Positions 57,424 to 64,000 of a stretch of DNA of 64,000 nucleotides are shown here, one piece after another. Position 1 is the stretch's first letter; each line of letters opens with the position of its first letter. Source of the stretch: Candidatus Micrarchaeota archaeon (GTDB lineage Archaea; Micrarchaeota; Micrarchaeia; Norongarragalinales; SBBD01); the NCBI GenBank assembly GCA_016212475.1, contig JACRGC010000002.1, positions 3,897 to 67,896 on the forward strand. The letters are read 5' to 3'. Under the pieces are notes generated by a model. The model saw nothing but the letters and a program-made list of their open reading frames with translations, did not search any database and was not told the origin of the DNA. A program made the position numbers and the translations under genes.

Positions 57424-57990
57424 ATGGTTATGAAATTCGAGGAAAACGAGCTTTTGCATATTGCCGTTTCAGTCATAACCATATCGCTTGCATTTTCCCT
57501 GTATGCCGGAACGTTTTGGCTAATCCTTGCTACTCTAGGATTGGGCTTTATTTTGCATGAATTAGCGCACAAATACGTTGCGCAATCATACGGCGCATTC
57601 GCGGTGTACCGTGCGTGGACATTTGGACTTCTTTTGGCGCTTGGCCTTGCAATTTTTACCGAAGGAAAATTTATTTTCGCAGCTCCCGGAGCAGTTGTGA
57701 TATTTGGGCGGCACCTGACACAAAAGCAGAACGGGAAAATTGCAATTGCCGGATCGGTTACAAATTTTGCACTTTCGCTTATTTTCCTATCAGTCGCCTA
57801 CGCCGGAATTGGCTATGAGGACCTTGCAAGGACCGGCGCTTACATCAATGCATTTTTGGGCGCATTCAACATGATCCCAATTGCGCCTCTTGATGGCCAA
57901 AAAGTGCAGGCATGGAGCGAATCTGCGTGGCTTGCCATTACAGCTGCCTGCTGGGGGCTGCTGTTCCTTTTGATGTTTGGGGTAATTTAG
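57424..57990 (+). CDS. Site-2 protease (M50 family)
   Basis: HELAH zinc motif and NMIPIAPLDG. Confidence 0.93.
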   Translation: MVMKFEENELLHIAVSVITISLAFSLYAGTFWLILATLGLGFILHELAHKYVAQSYGAFAVYRAWTFGLLLALGLAIFTEGKFIFAAPGAVVIFGRHLTQKQNGKIAIAGSVTNFALSLIFLSVAYAGIGYEDLARTGAYINAFLGAFNMIPIAPLDGQKVQAWSESAWLAITAACWGLLFLLMFGVI

Positions 57991-58006
57991 AAAAAGGTGT
58001 TCGACC

Positions 58007-58441
58007 ATGGCATCTATTTTGCAATTGCTTAAAACGCAAGGTTATTCCAGATTAGCAAACTTGGATGAGCTCATTGCCTTAAAACAAAAAGGCGCTACCG
58101 GCAAATATTATGTCGCTGGCGAACCAATAAGATTTTCAAACACAGGCAAACTACCCCCTCTTCCGCATCCACCTAATATTTTATTTTCTCCCGACATCCT
58201 TGCGGTGCATCTTAAAGAAAATGGCATGGCGCTTGCAAAAATCATTGAACAAAAACGAAGTGGAGTTGGAAGCGCTATTAGGTATTTGGGAATGCCGCAT
58301 TTTGAAACCATGAAGCAACACCTGAAAAAGTTGGGATTTGAGCTTCATAGCGTATGGATAATGAGGGAAAAACACCAGGATGCAACATATTCCCCGGATG
58401 GCAAGCTAATAAATAATGTAAAATTCAGCCATTTCGAATAG
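58007..58441 (+). CDS. Orphan basic protein
   Basis: 144-aa ORF with SD AGGTG; contains LKKLGF like the 53.7-54.9 kb paralogues. Confidence 0.6.
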   Translation: MASILQLLKTQGYSRLANLDELIALKQKGATGKYYVAGEPIRFSNTGKLPPLPHPPNILFSPDILAVHLKENGMALAKIIEQKRSGVGSAIRYLGMPHFETMKQHLKKLGFELHSVWIMREKHQDATYSPDGKLINNVKFSHFE

Positions 58442-58476
58442 GTGGGCGCTGGAAATTCAAACGTTTAATCGAATAA

Positions 58477-61400
58477 TCAGACTTTTGAAAATTTCGCCCG
58501 AACCTTAAGCCCGATTTTAAGCTCGTTCAAATCCAATTCGATGGAATGATTGCCAAGCAGTTCAGAATCAAGCATTTTCAAATCGACCTTTGATGCCCCA
58601 ACTTCCAATGCGAGGGCTGATTTCATGCCTGAAAATGCCTCCCGAACCTTCGCATCATTGAAATTGATTGTCAATGAGATTTTTTCGTTCACAACAAACC
58701 CCGCTTTTTTCCTTTCAGCCTGAACTGCCCTTGAAGCTTCCCTTAAGATAGCGCTGATGATCATTTTTTCAGATAGGGTTTTTGGAATGAAAACGGATCC
58801 TCCCTCAAATTCCTTTTTGCCAAACTCCGAATTTTCGCCAACCGAAACGTTTTGGGCGTTGCAATGATTTTTCAGGACATCGCTTAGCAAAGCAACTGCA
58901 TTTTGCGTCTTTTCATCCCCTGAAATCAAAATTTCCTCAACCGGCCACCTAAGCTTCAATTTCAACTCCTGACGCAGGGAATTCACTGCTTCTGAAACTT
59001 TTGAAACAACCTGGAAGGATTCGATCAATCCAACATCGACAAGTTTCTCATCCATTTTGGGGTAATCCTCAAAATGCACGGATTCTTTTCCATTGACTTT
59101 TAGCTGTTGGTACAAATATTCCGAAATATACGGAGAAATCGGAGCAATCAGCATTGAATACTCTATTAGCACCTTCCTTATGAGGGATAGGCAGGTTAAT
59201 TTGTCAGGCGTTGAACCCTCATCCGATACCCGATCCCTAATCAGCTTGATGTATGTTCTTGAAAAATCATCCACCAAAAACCGGATCATTTCCCTTCCAA
59301 CAAGGTTCATTTCGAATTTTTCAATCGATTCCGCTGATTGCTGCTTTAGGACATTTAGTTTTGCAAGCACCCACTTATCTTCCAATTTCAAATTGGCAAT
59401 GTTCAATTCGGGTATTTTTGCGTTTTCAGAATATGTTTTGTAGAATGCGAAGATGTTGAATAAAATTGCAAATGCCCGTTTTACCTCCTCGGCTGTTTTG
59501 AATGAGAACTTTTGCACTTCCCATGGCGCAATCTCATAGCAATAATACATCCTAATGGCATCCGCTGAAAGCTTTTCGATCCCCTCGATTGCAGGCACGA
59601 CATTCCCAAGGGATTTGCTCATCTTTTCGCCTTTCTCATCAAGCACCCATCCCATCATTGCAACGGATTTGTATGGCGCATTGCCAAACAGCCCAACGGA
59701 TGTGAACATAAGCGAATCGAACCATCCCCGTATCTGGTCTTGCGATTCGTTGATCAAATCAACCGGGAACATGGATTCGAAAAGTTCCTTATTTTTGAAC
59801 GGGTAGCCAAGCGATGCCCATGGCGCAATTCCGGAGTCAAACCAGACATTCAAAATGTCCCTTTCGCGGACCATTATGCTTGCGCAATTTAGGCAATTTA
59901 GTTCGATTTTATCCACCACATGCCGATGCAGGTCAGTTAATTCGGAATCATTCAATTTTCTGGCGCTTCTTTGCTTTAGCTCTTCTTTGCTTCCAATCAC
60001 ATCGAATTTTTGGCAGTTTTTGCATCTCCAAATCGGAAGCGGGATTCCCCAGTAGCGCTGCTGCGATATCGCCCAATCCTCCCTGTCAACCAGCCAGTTG
60101 TGGAACTTTACCTTCCCGTATTCGGGCATCCATTTCACGTGCTTTTCATTTTCCGAAATCATCTTGTCCTTGATTGTTGAAACCTTAAGGTACCATTGCT
60201 TGCTAAGTCTGAAAATCAATGGGAATTTGCACCTCCAGCAAAGCGCTGCCCTATGCGTTATTTGCTCTGAAATCAAAAGCTTGTTTTCTGCCTGCAGCAT
60301 ATCTATAATTTTCTTATCCGCAGTTTTTACAAAAATTCCCTGCAAAATTGATCCGGCCTTTTCCGTGAACTTCCCATGCTCATCAACCGGTGAAACCGCC
60401 TGAAGGCCGTAGTATTTTCCCAAATAATGGTCGGTTTGGCCATGGCCAGGCGCGCAGTGCACAAGGCCTGTTCCCTCTTTCATCGATACAAACTCCTCGT
60501 ATTCCTCCTTTTCTTCCGTTCCGGTGATTTTATCTGCAAAATTGCTTTTTGTTTCAGTTGCTGCAATTGGATTTTTTGATTCCGGCACTAAAACCGGTTT
60601 TGAATTGTCCCCTATCTTTCCATCCGCCATATTTCCGGCGTTTGCATTTTCCTTTTTGTGGGAAAGCTTGTGCTTTTTGTATTTTTTCGTCGTCATGATG
60701 GGGATGCTAAGCCTAACTTTCCTTGCCTTATCGTCCAATTCCTTTTGCTGGGGCACATCAAGAAGCGGCAGGTATTGAAGTCCCTCAAGCTCGGCCCCCT
60801 TTATTTTTCCAACTATTTCAAAATTCGCTTTGAGTTTTTCCTTCAAAATGGCTTCCACGCGTTTTTCAGCGAGGATGAAAATCTCATTCCCGATTTTTGC
60901 CTTGACATATATTTCAAGCGGATGCACAATTACTGCCATGTTGGCAGCTAGGGTCCAGGGCGTGGTCGTCCAAACCAGCAGGTATTCGTTTTGAGTTCCA
61001 AGCAATTTGAATTTTACGAAAATCGAAGGATCCGCCATATCCTTGTAGGAATCGGAAACCTCATAGCCCGAAAGCGTGGTTTCGCAGTGCGGGCACCAGT
61101 AAACCGGCTTTTCGCCCTCGATTAGCAGCCCTTTTTCATGCAATTGCTTAAGCGTCCACCATCCGCTTTCGATGTAATAATCCTTGTAAGTGAAATAAGG
61201 CTCGGCATACGCTCTCCAAGCGCCAAGCCTTCTGTAATATTCCATCCATCCTTTTTCCGTGTTTATGACTTTTTCAAGGCACAATGCATCGAATTTATCT
61301 ATGCCTATTTTTTCAATATCGCCCTTGCTTTGAATTCCAAGCTCCTTTTCAACCATTACCTCGGTTGGAAGGCCGTGGCAATCAAAGCCCGCCTGGAAGT

Positions 61401-61623
61401 AGGATGAAAAGCCCTGCATCTGCTTATATCTAGACCATATGTCCTTGCAAACTGTTGTCTTGACATGGCCTACGTGCGGCTGGGCATTGGCATATGGCGG
61501 CCCGTCTAGCAAAAAGAACCTCTTTGCATTAGGCCGGCGGGACGAAAGTTTTTGGGGTATTTTGTTTTTTTCCCAAAACTCCAGAATCTGCTTTTCTATT
61601 TCAATTTGGTTGTATGTCAACAT
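58477..61623 (-). CDS. ileS: Isoleucine--tRNA ligase (archaeal type)
   Basis: DGPPYAN, HVGH, DCHGLP, WTTTPWT, GTGLVH.APGHG..D, KMSKS; ATG at 61623 preferred. Confidence 0.97.
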   Translation of the reverse strand: MLTYNQIEIEKQILEFWEKNKIPQKLSSRRPNAKRFFLLDGPPYANAQPHVGHVKTTVCKDIWSRYKQMQGFSSYFQAGFDCHGLPTEVMVEKELGIQSKGDIEKIGIDKFDALCLEKVINTEKGWMEYYRRLGAWRAYAEPYFTYKDYYIESGWWTLKQLHEKGLLIEGEKPVYWCPHCETTLSGYEVSDSYKDMADPSIFVKFKLLGTQNEYLLVWTTTPWTLAANMAVIVHPLEIYVKAKIGNEIFILAEKRVEAILKEKLKANFEIVGKIKGAELEGLQYLPLLDVPQQKELDDKARKVRLSIPIMTTKKYKKHKLSHKKENANAGNMADGKIGDNSKPVLVPESKNPIAATETKSNFADKITGTEEKEEYEEFVSMKEGTGLVHCAPGHGQTDHYLGKYYGLQAVSPVDEHGKFTEKAGSILQGIFVKTADKKIIDMLQAENKLLISEQITHRAALCWRCKFPLIFRLSKQWYLKVSTIKDKMISENEKHVKWMPEYGKVKFHNWLVDREDWAISQQRYWGIPLPIWRCKNCQKFDVIGSKEELKQRSARKLNDSELTDLHRHVVDKIELNCLNCASIMVRERDILNVWFDSGIAPWASLGYPFKNKELFESMFPVDLINESQDQIRGWFDSLMFTSVGLFGNAPYKSVAMMGWVLDEKGEKMSKSLGNVVPAIEGIEKLSADAIRMYYCYEIAPWEVQKFSFKTAEEVKRAFAILFNIFAFYKTYSENAKIPELNIANLKLEDKWVLAKLNVLKQQSAESIEKFEMNLVGREMIRFLVDDFSRTYIKLIRDRVSDEGSTPDKLTCLSLIRKVLIEYSMLIAPISPYISEYLYQQLKVNGKESVHFEDYPKMDEKLVDVGLIESFQVVSKVSEAVNSLRQELKLKLRWPVEEILISGDEKTQNAVALLSDVLKNHCNAQNVSVGENSEFGKKEFEGGSVFIPKTLSEKMIISAILREASRAVQAERKKAGFVVNEKISLTINFNDAKVREAFSGMKSALALEVGASKVDLKMLDSELLGNHSIELDLNELKIGLKVRAKFSKV

Positions 61624-61795
61624 ATTTTTTGCCGGTTTTGGCGCATCGCGGATATAGGCACGCGCAGAAGAAAACATTTCACGGTTTTAACGTTATTAAA
61701 TATGACTGGTGGTTGGAAAAATTAACTCTAAACCAATATTGCACACCCAAGGAAGGCTTAAAAAATCATCCTAGCCAAACAGAATGGGGGAAACA

Positions 61796-62392
61796 ATGCC
61801 TATTTTGAACACCAGCGTTGACAAATTGCTAGATTACGTAAAAGCTCGGCGCAACTGCAATGTTGTTGATGCTTCCCGTTTCACAAATTTATCCGTAAAG
61901 CAAGTTGAAAGCATAGCAATTACGCTTTGCGATGCCGGAATGCTCGATATCAAATACGGGCTTACGGGCGTCACATTGATTGCAAAAAAGTCGAATTTGG
62001 GACTTCCATTGCACACTAAAGATGAATATTCGAACCCAAAGAAGAATGAAAATGCGGAAATTTTCGACAACATGGATTTGGTGAATTCAGAGCTTAAGCA
62101 GGCAAGGCTTTTGCTTTCATTATCCGAGCGGGAAATCACCGGCAAATTGCTAAAATCAATGGAACATCTAATAGCGCTTGAAAATACCGAAATTTCAAAG
62201 GATAACTCAAATAAGGTCAGGGCCCAGCTTCAAAACCTTGAAAAAGTCCTAAAGCAAATGGACGAGCACTCGCAATCCCTCCTAAAGGAAGCTGCAATCA
62301 TGAGGAAAAAAACCCTTGCGCTTTACGCAAGCTTGCACATCCAATCATCCAACAGCTCAAGGCTCCAAAACCTATTGAGCTTCAAAAAATAG
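61796..62392 (+). CDS. Hypothetical protein: N-terminal wHTH-like region and coiled coil
   Basis: T.VDKLL.YVK......A....N.....VE.....L...G pattern, then heptad repeats. Confidence 0.65.
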   Translation: MPILNTSVDKLLDYVKARRNCNVVDASRFTNLSVKQVESIAITLCDAGMLDIKYGLTGVTLIAKKSNLGLPLHTKDEYSNPKKNENAEIFDNMDLVNSELKQARLLLSLSEREITGKLLKSMEHLIALENTEISKDNSNKVRAQLQNLEKVLKQMDEHSQSLLKEAAIMRKKTLALYASLHIQSSNSSRLQNLLSFKK

Positions 62393-62522
62393 CCAAATAG
62401 CAACTAAGAAAAAAAATTGGCGCTGCCCGGAAGAGAAGTGTCGTGGAGGCTTATTCTTCCACCGGGCTTTGCCATTTGTTAATTCTTCACGGATTTGGAT
62501 ATTAGCCCTTGCTAGAAAAAAA

Positions 62523-62612
62523 ATCAACCTTTTGTTGATATGTTTCATTGCATTAGTTGTTTTTCTCTCCAAAACACACTATTGGTTGATTTTTCATCAA
62601 CAAAAAGTTGAT
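62523..62612. promoter_or_regulatory. Repeated palindromic operator ATCAAC-N5-GTTGAT
   Basis: Full sites at 62523-62539 and 62596-62612, extra half site GTTGAT at 62585; TTTATAAATA TATA box follows at about 62628. Confidence 0.75.
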
Positions 62613-62665
62613 CGCTAAACTCCAATGTTTATAAATATTTTTAATCGGGTTTATTGCGGGAACGC

Positions 62666-63532
62666 ATGGCATTAACAGAGCTTAATCCAAACAGCTTCAA
62701 AGTGCAATATAGCAATGCACGCAAGGATGCAAGGAGCCAGATTCTGAAGGTTTTAAGCAAGGAATGGCCCCTTTCTGCTAAGGAAATCCATGCCAGAATA
62801 AAAGAATCCAATTCACTTGACATAAGCTACCAGGGAATTCACAAATCAATTTTGCAGCTTATTTCCGACGAAGTGCTGATTAAGAACAATTCAAAATACA
62901 CAATAAGCCAAAACTGGATTGATGACCTTCGCAAATTTGGAGAAGAGCTAAAATCCGCAATGAATGGACGAAGGCATGTGCATTTGGATGAAATCCCCGA
63001 CAAATCAAGCGTCCAATTGGTATTCGATTCGCTGATGGATTATTTTTATTGGCTGATTGATGAGCTATATTCAAACTCCAAAAAAAATGATTTTTCAGAT
63101 TCCTCATACATCAATTCAATCCATGCCCTCCCTGCAATTGGCCTGTCCAAAAGCCAATTCGAGCATGTGAAAATGCTCTGCTCCAATTCGGAAAATTTCA
63201 TTTCCGTCAATGCCCAAACAAAACTTGACCGCGCGCTTTTGGAAATTTGGAAAAACCTTGGTTTTAGCGCAAAAGTGGGATCAAAATCCATCCCCAATTC
63301 CGATACCGTGGTTTTCCGCGACTTTGTTGTCCAATTCTTCATCCCAAGCAAGACCAAAAAGCAGCTTTCAAAAATTTATTTCAAATACAAGGCGAACAAT
63401 TCGGCTATTTCAGAGCTATATTCGCTCCTTTACGAAAATCCAGATTCATTAAATGTGCTTGTCACAAGGAACGCAGACCTTTCAAACGAGATCAAATCGC
63501 AGTTTGAATCCGAATTTGGCAAAACAAAATGA
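62666..63532 (+). CDS. wHTH transcriptional regulator-like protein
   Basis: ILKVLSKEWPLSAKEIH..I......ISYQGIHK.I..L....VL.K....Y.I...W wHTH. Confidence 0.8.
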   Translation: MALTELNPNSFKVQYSNARKDARSQILKVLSKEWPLSAKEIHARIKESNSLDISYQGIHKSILQLISDEVLIKNNSKYTISQNWIDDLRKFGEELKSAMNGRRHVHLDEIPDKSSVQLVFDSLMDYFYWLIDELYSNSKKNDFSDSSYINSIHALPAIGLSKSQFEHVKMLCSNSENFISVNAQTKLDRALLEIWKNLGFSAKVGSKSIPNSDTVVFRDFVVQFFIPSKTKKQLSKIYFKYKANNSAISELYSLLYENPDSLNVLVTRNADLSNEIKSQFESEFGKTK

Positions 63533-63643
63533 CAATTCTTCCTTAGCTGGCGGTATAAATTCCGGTATTTTTTCCAAACCTAATGCTTTATATACGATTT
63601 CTGATTGGTTAATAAAACATTAATTTCCCAAAAGGGTGTAGCC

Positions 63644-64000
63644 ATGAATAAAATGAATTTGAGTTTTGCGCTTGCTTTCCTGATGCTTTTCAATTTTTCA
63701 TCGGCCGCCGACCTGAATGTATTTACCGCAACCCCGAATTCATATATGGCAAACGCATCCACTTTTTACAATTTCACTTTTAATATCTCCTCCATTACTA
63801 ATTTATCCAATGTAACTATAGCCTTTCCACCCGCGTTCCACCTTTCTTTGGCGTCCGTAACCTATGGATCTGAAAACTTAACAAACGGAACTACCACTAT
63901 AACCGGCCAAAACCTTAGCTTTTTGCTCAATCAGTCAAATTATTTCACTTCTTCACAGGTATTTTATATCGGAGTGTCGGGCATTTACAACCCATCAACC
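63644..64000 (+). CDS. Secreted surface glycoprotein, partial (runs off the window)
   Basis: Not in ORF track. MNKMNLSFALAFLMLFNFSSAADLNVF... stays open to the window end, with many N-x-S/T sequons. Confidence 0.8.
   Translation, partial: MNKMNLSFALAFLMLFNFSSAADLNVFTATPNSYMANASTFYNFTFNISSITNLSNVTIAFPPAFHLSLASVTYGSENLTNGTTTITGQNLSFLLNQSNYFTSSQVFYIGVSGIYNPST

Noticed and set aside
60500-60690. Intein in IleRS (or in UvrB or ProB)
   Set aside because: The inserts are too short and lack N-terminal C/S and C-terminal HN splice motifs.
1-64000. CRISPR array, rRNA, transposase or integrase genes
   Set aside because: No repeat-spacer periodicity, rRNA-like tract or recombinase/transposase motifs were seen by eye.

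Overview
Archaeal chromosomal segment, most consistent with a DPANN (Micrarchaeota-like) organism. This rests on archaeal-type AlaRS/ProRS/IleRS, a geranylgeranyl reductase, a presenilin homologue, BHB-type tRNA introns, tRNA-Tyr with C1:G72 and no encoded CCA. Housekeeping content includes uppP (partial), nnrD, alaS, uvrBAC, a fused proBA plus proC and proS, serS and ileS. Accessory content includes a CHASE4/PAS kinase operon, a minimal group-3b-like [NiFe]-hydrogenase cluster, a DUF4011 helicase-nuclease, a RelA/SpoT-like protein and many basic orphans. The most striking signal is absent from the ORF track: three tRNA genes (Asp-GTC, Tyr-GTA, Leu-TAG; 45.8-49.0 kb) carry seven BHB-bounded introns, with homologous intron families shared across different tRNAs and positions. 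Three anticodon-arm introns contain a pyrimidine tract, its Watson-Crick purine partner and, after a cUUCGg turn, an exact mirror copy of the purine tract. All three tracts covary between genes, the signature of an intramolecular triple helix. Also found: a hisE relic, a nonsense-interrupted Imm5-like gene, an unlisted 46-aa ORF and several palindromic operators. All calls come from reading the sequence by eye; no searches or folding programs were run.
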